Below the pieces are notes generated by a model that was given only the letters and a program-made list of their open reading frames with translations, had not been told where the DNA came from and ran no database searches. Shown one piece after another: positions 14,586-27,950 of a stretch of DNA of 64,000 bases. Every line of letters begins with the position of its first letter. Positions within the stretch are counted from its first letter, which is position 1. This DNA is from the human T2T-CHM13v2.0 reference genome, Homo sapiens, in assembly GCF_009914755.1 (NCBI RefSeq), contig NC_060929.1. One strand, written 5' to 3'. The position numbers were made by a program, and so were the translations under genes.

Positions 14586-14637
14586 GATCTATCTATGTAT
14601 CTATGTATCCATCTATCCATCCATCCATCATCTATCT
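14586..14637. repeat. (ATCT/ATCC)n tetranucleotide repeat
   Basis: atctatctatgtatctatgtatccatctatccatccatccatc. Confidence 0.85.
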
Positions 14638-14961
14638 CACATACTTACGCACACATGAAATTTAATTATGCAGTCTGAAAGGCACAAAAATCTCTTTATG
14701 AAAATAACTTGGGCAATTATTAAAGAGGTTTCTGTAGTGTGCCAGTTAAAACAAATAGAAAGGAGGCTTGGAGCATTAAACCATAAAACAGTCATCGGCA
14801 CTGTCCTCTAGGCCAGATGTTTTTCAAAGATGGCTATGAAGATTTCTCCCAAAGAAAATTATCTGATGATTGACTATTTAGCCACTTCAATAAGTGGAAA
14901 CATATTTCTTTGCAGGCACAATTTTCTTTGGAGTGGCACGCTTAAGATCCTAGAATGTTAT

Positions 14962-15065
14962 AATTTTCCCATTGCAGATGGTAAGCTGAGGGACACAGCA
15001 GTTTTGTGACTTGAGAAAGGTCACTGTGTGAGAGAGTGGCAGAGCTGGGACTGAAACTCAAACCT
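14962..15065 (-). mobile_element. MIR fragment
   Basis: cccattgcagatggtaagctgagg...aaggtcac...agtggcagagctgggactgaaactca. Confidence 0.75.
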
Positions 15066-16386
15066 GTTTATAACATTTCCTCAAAACCAGAGGGTCTGTA
15101 GTTTGCTTCAGTTTGTTTAATTCACTCATCAGAGATATTTTATGATGAGTGACAAGAGAAAATATACCAGATTCTTCTCATTGGAAAAGCATCTAAGTTT
15201 ATACTAGGCATTATTCCTATCCACAGTCTTTGTTGAATGAAACAGAAAAACCATTTAGAATTCATGTTATTAATTCTGTCTTTATGCTTTCCCACTCTAG
15301 AAGACAGGTAAGCCACTGAAGCCACTGATGAGAAATCAGTTTTGTTCCAATCCAGCCAATTTAACCTGGGGGTAAACTAGATCGGGAGAATTATAACATG
15401 GCAGTATTTCCTGGCTCAGCTGTCATCTAAAAAACTGTGGAGACTTGATCTTCTTAAATTTCTCAAGTATTTCAAGAAATCCATATGTGGTCATGTAAAC
15501 AGTCCTCCTGGCCACTAGCTGAACTCTTCAATTTTCTCACATATGTACTTGGGAATGCTGGCCTCTTATTACCTTATTGTACCACTGTTTTCTCAATTTT
15601 TGTCTTTGGCCATATATCTGTTATAGTGATGTTGAATCTTCCTCACCCCATCGGATTCTCCATGATGCAGTATGTCCTCTGTCCTCTGGGACTTCCAAAC
15701 AACTCCAGATATAGACTAGTCAGAGTAGTCTGGCTGTTATGACCTCTCCTGCTTTGCATCTTACGTTAGATTCATCTCCCAGTTCAAGATCCTGCTGAAG
15801 TAAAGGAAAATTTTCTACCCTTGGCCATGGTACACCATTACATGGGCCCCAAAGCTGATGCTTTCAATATCACATAGCGGTTTTAGGAAAAATTGCATAT
15901 TTGCTTCTGCTCTTGCCCTTTCTTCTTCAGAGGCTTCATTATGCAGGACTCTGGCACAAACCTAAAGTGAAAGAAAGAGAAGTAGAGAACAACATACACC
16001 CAGCTGTGCTCACAAAAGTCATCCCCTCTCACACCCCTGCCCTTGAACCGTACTTGTGTGAATCACATTTTTCTTTCCTTAGGACGTGTTATTTTTCATG
16101 AAATTCTTCATTTCCTCATGCAAACATTGTCTTTGAGGCCCTACCCACCTTGCTCAGACAGGTGTGGATTTGTATGGTACATAACTCAAGTTCCTAAGTT
16201 GAGTACATTTCCTTCTACAACAATGAAAGAATGCATTTAACTTAAAGATGTTTCTGATTTCTACCAGAGTTCAAGACACAGAGAGGCTTTTTGTCAAGTA
16301 ATTAATTTATTTTGATTCATAGTTATTCATAAAACTTGAAGTCAATATGGTATCATTTGTAGTACAAATGACGGAAAACTTTAGAC

Positions 16387-16804
16387 ACTGATGTGCTAAT
16401 AAATGATCAGCAACCACCACTCTGGAGGGCAAAAACCTTGATTTATAGCAATTATTGACTTCTGCTCCATAAATGCCAGTGTTGATTTCTTGCCATCAAC
16501 GTAACATCAGTGAAAGTCGAATTGGGAAGAGATGATCAGTAGAACACCACTATAGAGTATTTCCACCACATAGATATAATAGTTGTAAATAACCTTCAGG
16601 GCGTAGATACTAGTAAAATATAGTAAAATAATTAGGAAGTAATGAAATTTGAGTATTTGTTACTTTTGCTTTGAATATATTTAATTGTAAATTTTTGGAA
16701 GGTAATTTTTAATAATGGCTGTGTTGAACAAGCACTCACCAATTCCTAAAAATTTGACAATCGGCTCTCACAAGCCAGCACATACCGGCTCCGGCACTCC
16801 ACTG
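16387..16804 (-). mobile_element. MER63 (hAT-Blackjack) element
   Basis: Reverse complement ends cagtggagtgccggagccggtatgtgctggcttgtgagagccgattg, the MER63 5' end; internal aattaggaagt...gagtattt matches. Confidence 0.8.
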
Positions 16805-18043
16805 GGCATAATATAATGAGGCAAGTCTAACGCTTATCTTCCACAACTGTGTAAGCTTGCATTGCAGCTTGTTGGGGTGCACACATAAAATGAAAATGCT
16901 TATTATAATGCCTGGCACATCAGTGCTCAATAAATTCTGGGTAAATCCAGAAGGATAGTCTGGATGTTAGAAGTGGCAGGAAATAATTGGTAAAATGTAT
17001 GAGTACTTGGTTCTCTGAAGCACATCAGAGCTCTCACTTTAATAGTTCTGAGACTGTGTGTATAGTTTTTGTTTCATTCAGGGTGGATCAAATCCTGCAG
17101 TTAGACAGGGAAAGGGAGGAGAGAGAGACCAGATGACATCATTTCACTTATGTGTCTCAAATGGTCCTCATTAAGTTGACTGCACAGACTATAAAGAGGG
17201 ATTTTAAAAGCCTGGAAAGTTGAAGGCAGACAATCTCTTGCTCAGAGGATGAAATGGGGTAAACCATAACATATGTACCAAATAATATAGTCTTTGTTTC
17301 ATGTAATAATTTATTTTCCTCCCTCTCCTTCCTCTACGTGGAAGAGACCTAACTCAAGGTCAATTCTCAGTACCCCTGAAAGGCTGAAGAAAGAGCTGGA
17401 CTGATTTGATGGCTTCCTTGGCAGGCATACGGCTGGGGCCCACTGAACAGTGGCAGCCTCCCCAGTTAAATTACGATGACTGCTTTGACGAGACGAGGTT
17501 TCATGCTTTATGAGGTTGATAGTAGTCAACGTTTAAACCATTAAATTTGCATCTGGGAAAGCCCTGGTCAGGAAGAGGTAAAAAGGTCAAATTTTCATAA
17601 TGGTTCTTAGAGCCAAAATGGTATACTTCCTGAGGGGCTGGCTGGAAAACATTCAGCTTTTTGTTGTAATAGAGGTCCTGCCTAATTGAAAATAAGTGAG
17701 ATAAAAAGATCTTTTAACAAGATTACTTAAATTCATTGACAGATATTTTCCTACTAATCATTAGGACTAGTGGCTGAATACAGTGTGCTTCTGTGAACAG
17801 AATGAATCTTCACATTTAAACTTTTCATTTCCCTCGAGTTTTGCCAATATTGTCAAACTAAGCAGATAATTCCAAATCGGAATGAAAGTGTAGTACAAAA
17901 CCAAGAAAGACAATTTTTCAAACTTGTTTAGACACAACTCCAGAATTTAATTGTGTTTTCATAATTTTATTGAGTCAATGACATCTTATATAAAGATGAT
18001 AAGCTTGCTGTCCCAAGAGTTCTTAATTCAATTTCTCCCAAGT

Positions 18044-19498
18044 ACAGTCAGTTCTGCTATAATGTGACATGTGTGTGCCTAAAAACCATCATGCTATGCA
18101 AAATCATGCAGTGGACACCAAAGCATGAGCCATAAAAGGAAAAATTAATAAACTGGACCTCATCAAAATGAAAAACTTTTCATTTGTGGAAGACCCTGTT
18201 AAGAACATGAAAAGACAAGCTGGGAAAAAAATTTTGCAAACCACATATCTGACAAGGGATTAGTATCTAGAATATACAAAGAATTCTGAAAACTTAACAG
18301 TAAAACAGCAAACAATCCAATTTCAACTTCCATAAGGCCTGGCAACTTCACTCCTGGGCATTTATCTAGAGAAATCAAGACTTATGTTCACACAGAAACT
18401 TGAACATGGATATTTATAGCAGCCTTATTTGCCATAGTCCAAAACTGTGAATAACTCAGGTATCCCCCAACCCTGAATGGTTATTTGTGTACCACAAACT
18501 ATGGCACATCCATACGACAGACTATTACTCAGCAATAAAAAGGAAACAAACCATTGATAATGCAGCAACTCTAATGAATCTCCAGATAATTACACTGAAT
18601 GAATAAAGCCAATACCCAAAATATTACATACTATAGATTTCATTTATATAACGTTACTGAAATGACAAGACTATAGAAGTGGAGAACAGATTAGTAATTG
18701 CCAGGGTTTAAAGACAGGGAAGGGAATCAAGAGGGAAGTGAGAGTGGCTATAAAATAGCAACAGAAGGAATCTGTGTGGTAATGAAATTGCTCTATATCT
18801 TGACTGTCTCCATGCCAATAGACTGGTTGTAGTATCATCAGGGAACTAACTGGGTAGAGGATACACTGGATCTGTCTGTATTATTTCTTACTACTGCATG
18901 AGAATCTATTATTTCAAAATTAAAAAGTTTTATTCAGAAATTATAGGGACTATATGAAAAATGGGTTTGGGGTACAGTATTCAAAAACTTTGTCAATAAC
19001 ATTAAAAAATAATAGGAACCTTATAAAACTGGTGGCATAGGTTTACACACATTAAATGATTAAGAAACACAGAAACACTTCACTAAATACGGCCCTTTGC
19101 TTTGGAAAGACCTGTAGTTTGCTTGTGGAAGTGGGCATTAAGAAGGTTGCAGCCTGTGAGTTACTATGAGGTGGTGAGGGAAGGGTTATCTGAAATAGGA
19201 TGGAAAGTTTTATCACCACATGAGGATTGATGGAGCTCGTAATACCCACAGTGAACTGAAGTTAGCTGGTAGATGTTTGAGAACTGAGGTGTGTGCGTGT
19301 GCATGTTTTGTGTATTCTTACTCATCTTGTTGTTGATCTAGGTGCAGCTTTCTGTGCTCACCTACTTCTTCTTGCGGAAAAAATCACATATATACAAACG
19401 CAAAATCCATATTATGCTAAAATTATTTCCTAATATATTAGTTGCTTTAAAACAAATTTGCATCTTTCAAAACAGATATTAAAACACAACTAATTGCA
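18044..19498 (+). mobile_element. TcMar-Tigger element (Tigger13a-like), split by an L1MC insertion
   Basis: TA-cagtcagttctgctataa start; resumes at about 18935 (aaagacctg...gtttgcttgtggaagtgggc) and ends with a degenerate TIR near 19498. Confidence 0.7.
18113..18935 (+). mobile_element. L1MC-type LINE 3' fragment nested in Tigger
   Basis: aaactggacctcatcaaaat...aagacttatgttcacacag...gagaacagattagtaattgccaggg...gtattatttcttac. Confidence 0.85.
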
Positions 19499-20077
19499 TA
19501 CTCGGTATACTCAAACAACATACTGCCCAGATAATTGCTGGAATAGAAAGAAAATTCCACTTCTAATAATAGGTAATGCCATGGAAGATTTCAGAGACTT
19601 TTGACCATAATGATCCTAAACAAACTACTCTTTACACCTGGAAAGCTTGTTAAAAATTTGGCAAGATTTGTTCGCCTTTGTGTTCCTGTTGGAAACAAAA
19701 TTGATTAAATTTAAAAATAAACTTAGTAACTCTTCTAGACTTTGACTTAAAGACAGTTATTATAGCCAGATATAATCTAAAAGAAAGTCAAAAAACATAA
19801 ATTTGCCACAATTTTAGAAAAGAGAGAGGGCACAAAATATTTATGCTTTTCTTCCATTTTGTTGGTTTTCTTACCTATATTCTAGTCTAAGAAATAAGAG
19901 AGAAAAATGTGTATGTGTTAGAAAACAATAAATACACTTACATTGTTTTTTAAAAGAAACTGAGAATGTATTATACATATTTGTTATTAGAAGTATTATA
20001 CCTATTAGGGTAGATGGAAAGATAAATAGACTGAGTTATTAGAATACGTTACTTATGGAATAGGAAACTGAGTCTGT

Positions 20078-20280
20078 GGTTGATTTGCTCATTTGGGTAG
20101 AAACATAGTGCTAATAAAATAAAAGTTATAGGTTTGATTCCTATGGCCTAGTGAACTATTTTTATTTCTGTTGATACAGATGGCTCACCTAGACCTGCCA
20201 TCTTGCTGTATGATCCATTGGTCACAAAGAAATTTATGAAATTATACATTAGTTCAAATCTGTTACTACGTGGAAACTCT
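20078..20280 (+). mobile_element. tRNA-Ile-derived ancient SINE (MamSINE1-like)
   Basis: Head ggttgatttgctcatttgggtagaaacatagtgctaat...ggtttgattcctatggcc resembles tRNA-Ile(AAT); body ttggtcacaa...tcaaatctgttactac. Confidence 0.65.
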
Positions 20281-20479
20281 ATTGATATAGATCAATATTG
20301 TAAAGGAATTCAACTTAGAAATCCAGACAACGAGGCAGCTCATTAGACATTTCTATAATCACAAATTATTTTTGTATAACTGGCCCCAGAGCTCAGACAT
20401 TGAAATATGATGTGATGATACACATATTATGGGGAAAATGGCACTATGGGATTTTCCTGTTTTTAATTTAAAGTTACTA

Positions 20480-23010
20480 ACTCCCATACATAGTGGGAGG
20501 AAAACTGGTTGTGGAGAAAAATTCTGAGCCTAATGCTGAAATTATTTCAAAAGGTGCAGTATTTTCTAGAAGTGAGAAGATGACAGCAACAATGTCAAAA
20601 AAAAGGGGATGTATGTGGGCAGGTTCGGCTCCAGAAAGGAAGAGCACTATGGGTCATAACACACGCTCTCACGAACCCAATGGTAAATAACAAGTTAGTC
20701 AAAAATAAAAAGGAAAAGATCTCCATTTTCAATATGAGAAAGAAACAGCCACAACCTCAAACCACAAATTATAAAGCAAACTTTCCGGTAACTGAGAGGT
20801 CTATACCAGTGAAAATGAGAGGAAGCTGAGTGCCCACACAAGCCCCTTCAGACATCAAGCAGGATACACATTTTCTTAAAAGTCAGTGTTACAGTCCTGA
20901 GAAGTCCAGCTGAAAATTCTTTAATTAAAGAGACAAGATCTCCAGATTGTGAGCAAACCTGAAAGGAAGTCTACTGCTTGAATATACCCAGTTCAAGCAG
21001 CTCGGAATGACCAGAGGGGTCATTATTTCTGATCTAGCCTCCTAAAGACAGGGCAAAGTGAAACATCAATCCAAAGATTCAGAAATCTTAACAAATCCCA
21101 AGAAGAATAAATTTAAAAATTCCTACCTACACACATTGATGTGAAATTGCAATCAAACCGAGGGAAAGATTTTGAAAGCATTCAGACAGAAAAGACAAGT
21201 TATCTGTAAAGGAAAGACAATTATATTGATGACTAGGTTTTCAACTACAACGGAAGTCAGGAGATAGTGAGATAACATCTTCAAATTGCTGAGAGAAAAT
21301 TATTGTCAACTTAGAATTTTTTCCTGAAGAACAAAAAATAGGCCATTTTCAGACAAATCAAAACAGAGACTAGACTATCATGAACTCTCGCTATAGGAAG
21401 TTTTAAATGATGAACTTCACACACACACAAAATTGAACCTCGAAAGGACTCAGATTCAAGAAGGAAAGATAAAGAAATTATTAAACACATTGGTAAGTCC
21501 TAAAAAATATAAAACAATAACGACTTTTATTAAAAAAAGAGTATAAATGAATAGAAACATGAACAACAGTGAAATGTAAGATGAAATGGAACGCTTGTGT
21601 TCCAAGGTCTTTGTATTGTATGAGAAGAAGGTGGAAATGATTAACTTTAGGTTTTAAGTTAAAAGTCAGTATGATAGTTTTATCATAAGCCAAATGCTGT
21701 GTATGACTTAAAAACTAATAGAGGAGGAAAAATGGTGGGGTAAGCAGGGAGGGATAGCATTAGGAGATATACCTAATGTAAATGACGAGTTAATGGGTGC
21801 AGCACACCAACATGGCACACATATACATATGTAACAAACCTGCACATTGTGCACATGTACCCTAGAACTTAAAGTACAATAATAATAAAAAAAGAAAAAT
21901 GGAAACAAAATAACAGAAACAAACCAAAAGAGGGCAGAGAAATTAGGGGGAAAGAAAATCATAGTGAAAATAACACAAATTATAATACAAAATGACATGT
22001 GAGAAGTAATAGCAAATAGATAAACAATCAAAATAAATTTAAACAGATCAAACTCCCTGGTTACAATATTGATATTATCATATTGGCTTAAAAAATCTAG
22101 TTCTGTGAGGTCTGGGAGAGATATACCCAAGGTAAGAATATAGAAAGGCTACAGTTAAAATATAGAAAAGAATATACAGCATGAGGCAAACTCTAATCAA
22201 GAGAAATCTAATGTAAAATTAGTACCAGACACTATTTAGGAATATGTCTAACAAAAGATGTATATGACTTTAACTGAAAAAGCTATAAATGCTTTTTTAG
22301 GACATCAAATATCTCAATGAATGTTAATAGGAAGACAATATTATAAAGATACCATTTTCTTCTAAAGTCATTTGTAAATTCAATAGAATTGTAACAACAA
22401 AAAATGTCAACAGGAATTTTCATAGAACTTTATGAACTGACTCCAAGAGTTATGTGAACCTTAATGTAAAGAACAACAATTTAAAGCTTTTTGAAGACAA
22501 TATAGAACATATTTTTATGATTCTGGAGAAGGAAAAAATTTCTTGATAAAGACACACAAATAACCATTATTAAAGAAAAAGCCTTGAATGTAAAAATAAT
22601 TAATATTTTGAATATTTATAAGTGAAAGAACAAGTTACAGACTGGAAGACGTGATTTATAGCAATGTAACTGACAAGAACTTACATATAATTTAAAAGGA
22701 TATATAAGTTGTATAAAGAGCTTCTAAAAATCAAGTAAAAGTAAAACATCTTAATACAAAAATGAACAATGGAAGCTTATGTGTTCTGTTGATGGAAGTA
22801 TAAAGTAATACAAGCACTTTAAAGAATAAACTTTAACCAACAATTTCACTACTAGGTACAAACCTGCATAAGAATATATATGCACAAAAATTCTATAAAG
22901 CATTGTTAATAATTAGAAACATTTGTAAAGAACCCAAAGTCCATCCACAGAGGAATGGTTAAATAAATTATCAACTAGAGACAACAAAAGATACAAAAAT
23001 AATAAACTCT
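20480..23010 (+). mobile_element. Old L1M LINE, fragmented (ORF1 to ORF2 to 3' pieces)
   Basis: ORF1 motifs (aaaggaaagacaatt...gaagtcaggagatagtgagataacatcttcaaattgctgagagaaaa) followed by degenerate ORF2 segments. Confidence 0.7.
21736..21893 (+). mobile_element. 5'-truncated L1PA (PA4/PA5-like) 3' end
   Basis: gggatagcattaggagatatacctaatgtaaatgacgagttaatgggtgcagcacacc...; 9-bp TSD gaaaaatgg at 21727-21735 and 21894-21902. Confidence 0.93.
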
Positions 23011-25299
23011 CAAGTAAATCATTTGTTTATACATGGTGTCATTCTACAAATACTTGTTGAGATTTACAATGTTCTCCCCACAGTACAGTTGCCATTACAA
23101 GGAGCTAACACCTGGTAGCAGGAGGTGGGTACCACAAATAAACACAGTGAAGTGTTGTGTAGCCAGGATAGGCATGTGCACAAGTTACAGTGAGGGTACA
23201 AAGGAGAAAGTGCTTGGTTTTCTCTGAGTCAAAAAGGGCTTCATATGGAAGGTTTTCTTAAGTCAAGTATATCTAATTATTATTGTTATTGTTGTCATCA
23301 TCATGATTAAATCATACAAAACAGAAATTAATAAACATGGTAAAAATTACCAATTAATATTGGTAAAACTAGTAACTTGGAAATTATATATTTGAACATA
23401 TATTAGAGCAGCTTCAACAAATGGTGAGAACCAAGACAGAAAGCCAGGGAAGAAATACAAAGAATGGATCATTTTGGGGGCAGAATCTTCTATTCATGAC
23501 TTTGTAGCTTGAGTTTGTATTTGTTTACTGTGACCCCACTGTTGTGACTTGGCACTGAAACCCGACAGTTTTGCAGCACCACTCCTGCCTTACTGCCCTC
23601 CCCACCACTCCTTTTGTTAAAGCATGAGTAGACCCAGTGTGCACGCCTGTGAGATCAACTTTCCAGTCTAAATATCTTATATAAAATCTTTTGAGAGCAA
23701 CGGGGTGCATTCACTTAAAGCTTTAGGACTGGGAGCCAATTTTTAATTTGTTCCTCCTGTTTGCTGAAAATACAGTATTTCTCTTTTAAAGACTTTATTA
23801 GAAATCTGGCTTTCTTATGGGAATATAGACAAGCAATTTACAGTGATGCATTAGTGATGACGGTTAGAGTCAAGAGGTTCTTTAGTTATTAGGAGTTGTT
23901 TTTCTGTTTTTTTATTTTTTAAGAAGGCTTTAAAGTTGCATAAAGATTTTCAGATTTTAAAGGAGCCAGTTCCAAAAAGAGAAAAAAGAACAATTAATGA
24001 CAACCATGATGACAAATAAGGATGACAGTGACTAATACCATATTTGATGATATGCCAGGCACCATTCAAAGCATTTCACATATAGTTTCTTATTTAAGGA
24101 TAAGTGCAAATGAATGGCATAGTGTCATTACAATTAAGTCAGGAAGTCTATTACAAAAACGTTGATGTCTGAAAAAAAGAAAACCTTACTTTAGGTTATT
24201 TTTTGAAACCATAAAAGCAAATAAAAAATAGGTCAATAGGCACCCAAGGACAATGGTGCCATTTTGGAGGACACAAAAAGCCAAAATCCGCGTGCTGTTT
24301 TCATTCTCTCTTTTCCATCAAGGAGAATGATCTTGGGTTGGAAAATAGTGAGATGAATATAGAGAAGGGGAAGTAAACCCAATATAACAAAATGGATCTA
24401 AGAGGGCTTCTAATATCTCTAAAAGACTCTACCTAATGGCTGGAATGAATTCAACCACAAGTACAAAAACAGCTTTCAAAGAAGAGCAGCAGAAGTTAGG
24501 GAATCTTGGAATACAGAGGGCTGCTGAGAAACTAGGGATACGTGTAATTCTGCTCCTTTACAAAAGGAGAAAAATGTATTCCACAAAGTACTTTGAGATT
24601 TTAAGAAAGAATATTATATTTTCCTGATTTTAAATCACATTTTTATTTTTAGCATATTAACATTTTGGAAAATCAGAGGTGTCTAATAACAAATGACAAA
24701 ATACACTCTTCAGCTACCATATTCAATATAAATTGTTACTGCCTACAAATGCTTTAGGGATGACTAGCTACCACATGTTCTTCCATGAAGTTATTTGCAT
24801 TTAACACATGGGGTTGAACTTAAATTTGGATCCTTTTTGTCATATAAAATATCTTAAAAACCAATATAATGTAGCATTGGAATAAAAAGCTCTGGGGCAT
24901 TTAGAACATGCATTACAAAGGAATGTAATTATGAGTGGTAGGAATGGTCACATTTTCTGGATTAGATTACAGAAATTTCAAAGTTCAAAGACCTTGGTGT
25001 GACCAGTCCAGGTGATGTTTCAAAAACCTCAAGATATATTTTGAAACGTTATTAATAGCCAATTCTAACAATAATAAGAGATCATGATCATGAGTGTGGG
25101 TTTTGAAAAGAAGAATATCATAGCAAAAATTATTCCAAAGAATCCTTCAAGGTTCTGAATGTAAAGAAGTCTAAGATTTTCTAAAGTGGTATATAATTAT
25201 AGGGTAACTATACATTTTTCAATAAAAAGAAAACAATTCCTCTCAAAATGTAATTAAAAACCTTAGAATTAGATTTAAATGGCATTACAAATAAATTCT

Positions 25300-27460
25300 A
25301 ATATTTATGGCCAAATGGTTTTAGACAAAAGGATCAAGACAATTCAATGGGGAAAAAAGTCTTTTCAAAAAATCATGCTAGTACAAGTCACCTACGTAAC
25401 AAAGAATTAATTTAGGTATGACCCCTACCTCATACCATGCACAAGCATTAACTTGAAGTGAATTATATACATACATGTAAGAGTTACAACTATAAAACTG
25501 TTCGGAGAAAGCACAAGAGTGAATCTTCATATTCTGGGGTTAATCAATATTTCTTAAATACAACACCAAAAGCACAAGATAAAAGATTGATAAACAATGC
25601 AGTATTACTAACTATAGTAACCATCCTATGCATTAGGTCCCCAGAACTTAACTCATATTATAATTGAAAGCTCGTACCCTCTGACCAATATTTGCCCATT
25701 TCCCCCACCCAGGAGCCATGGCAACTACCACTCAATTTTCTGCTTCCACAAGTTCAACTTTTTTAAATGCCACATATAAGTGAGATAATACAATGTTTGT
25801 CTTTCTGTGTCTGGCTTCTTTCGCTTAGCAAAACATTCTCCAGTTTCATCCATGTTGTCAAAAATGATAGGATTTCCTACTTTATGGCCGTATAATATTC
25901 CATTGTTTATATACACCACTTTTTCCTTATCCATTCTTTCATTGGTGGGCACTTGGGTTGTTTCCGTATCTTGGCTACTGTTACTAATGCTGCAGTGAAC
26001 TTAGGAGTGCAGATATCTCTTTGACATACTGATTTCAATTTCTTTGACTATATATCCAGTAGTGGGATTGCTGGATTCTACGGTAGTTTCATTTTTAATT
26101 TTTTGAGAAATCTCAAAAAGTTATGTTTTCTATAATTACTGTACCAATTTACATTTCCACCAATAGTGTATAAGAAATCTAATATATAGCATAGCAACTA
26201 TAGTTCATAATTCTGTATTTTTACTTGAAATTTGATGAGAACAGATTTTAATTATCTTTACCACACGCATGCACAAAATGGTAACTATAAGTGGCTATGG
26301 ATATGTTTATTAATTTGACTATTGTAATTATTACACAATGTATACATATATCAGATCATCTCATTGTATGCCTGGAATTTATAAAATTTTTGTCACTTAA
26401 AAATTTTAAAATTTAGAAAGATTGATAAATGGGACTTCATCAACATTAAAAACTTTTGTGCTCCAAAGGGCATTACCAAGAAATTGAAAAGACAACCAGC
26501 AGACTGAAGGAAAATATTTACAAATCATCACCCTGTTAAGAGACTTCTAGTTACAATATTAAAAAGACTGTTACAAGTCAAAAGTAAAAAGATAAATAAC
26601 CAAAGTTTTGAATGTACAAAGGATTTGAATAAAGATTTCTCCAATAAGATATATAAACAGCTAATGAGCACATGAAAAGATGCTCAACATTTTTAATCAT
26701 TAGGAAAATGCTAATTGAAACCACATGATACTACTTCACACCCACTAGAGTGGCTATAATAAGCTACAGGCAATAACAAGTGTTGTCAAGGATGTCGAAA
26801 AGTTGAAATTCTTATATATTCTTGGTAGAAATGTAAAGTGGGTCAACCACTTTGGAAAACAGTTTGGCAGTGCCTCAAAATGTCAACTGTAGTGTGGCAC
26901 AGCAATTAAACTCTTAAGTATTTTATTCCCCTAGGGAATGAAAACACATGTTCACACAAAAATTTGTACACAAATGTTCACAGCAGCATTATTCAGAATA
27001 GCTAAAAAGTGGAAACAACCCAAATGTCCCTCATCTGTTAAATGGATGAATAAAATGAGATGTATCTATGCAATGGAATATTGTTTCACCATAAAAATGA
27101 AGTACTGATACATGCTACATAACATGGATGAATCTCAAAAACATTATACTAAATGAAAGCAGCCATTCACAACAGAACACATATCATATGTTATTCAAAG
27201 GAATTATCAAGAATAAACAAATCTGCACAGACAGAAAGTAGATTCGCGGTTACCTGGGGCTGCAGGGAAGGGGAATGGAATTGGGTGGGAAAGGATGGGG
27301 AGTAACTGCTGTCAGGTACAAGATTTCTTTTGAGGATGATAAAGATGTTCTAAAGGTAGATTACAGTGATGGTTGCATAATTCCGTAAATATACTAAAAA
27401 CCATGGAATTGTTCATTTTAAAAGGGTAAGCTATATCTCAATAAAGCTGACTTTTTTTAA
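25300..27460 (+). mobile_element. L1MB-type LINE 3' part (host of nested L1MA)
   Basis: caagacaattcaatgggg...tgggacttcatcaacattaaaaacttttgtgc...atctcaataaagctg terminus. Confidence 0.85.
25595..26416. mobile_element. L1MA (MA9-like) with 5' inversion (twin priming)
   Basis: Antisense segment 25595-about 26172, sense 3' UTR about 26173-26416; 13-bp TSD aaagattgataaa at 25582-25594 and 26417-26429. Confidence 0.8.
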
Positions 27461-27479
27461 GGCAAAAAAAGTGAATAGG

Positions 27480-27950
27480 TCTTGAGCAGCTAGAAGAAAA
27501 ACCAGGGGTTACCAGGACCCAGACTAAGTTTACTAGAAATAAGTCATATTGGCCTAACTCACTTTTTTCACAGATAGGATTACACATCTACTATATCCAG
27601 AAATGCTATAAGCCTAGTGTATCTGGATTTCATTAAGGTATTTTATAAAAATAACTCATAATGTCCCATTGGAAAATTGGGGAATTTTGGGAAATATGAT
27701 TTAAAATCATGGAGAATTTGATGGATTCATAACTGAACAAATGTACTAAGAAGGGGTTGATTGATGAATATATATTATTGCTAGAGGAATGCTTCATTCT
27801 GAGAGTTAGCATTATGTATCAAATATTATTCTGATTAGCATTTTTGTTAATGACTTGGTACATGATAGACCATGGAAGAGAACCACTTGTACAATACCAG
27901 GAGCAAAATGCTAAATATCATTGAAAAAAGATCTCAATATGTTGGCTAAT
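27480..27950 (+). mobile_element. L3/CR1 LINE RT-domain relic
   Basis: Decayed FTRNKS...DRIT...VYLDFIK (gtgtatctggatttcattaagg), resembling the CR1 RT motif VYLDFSKAFD. Confidence 0.7.

Noticed and set aside
20078-20150. tRNA-Ile gene
   Set aside because: Stems are broken and it continues into a SINE body
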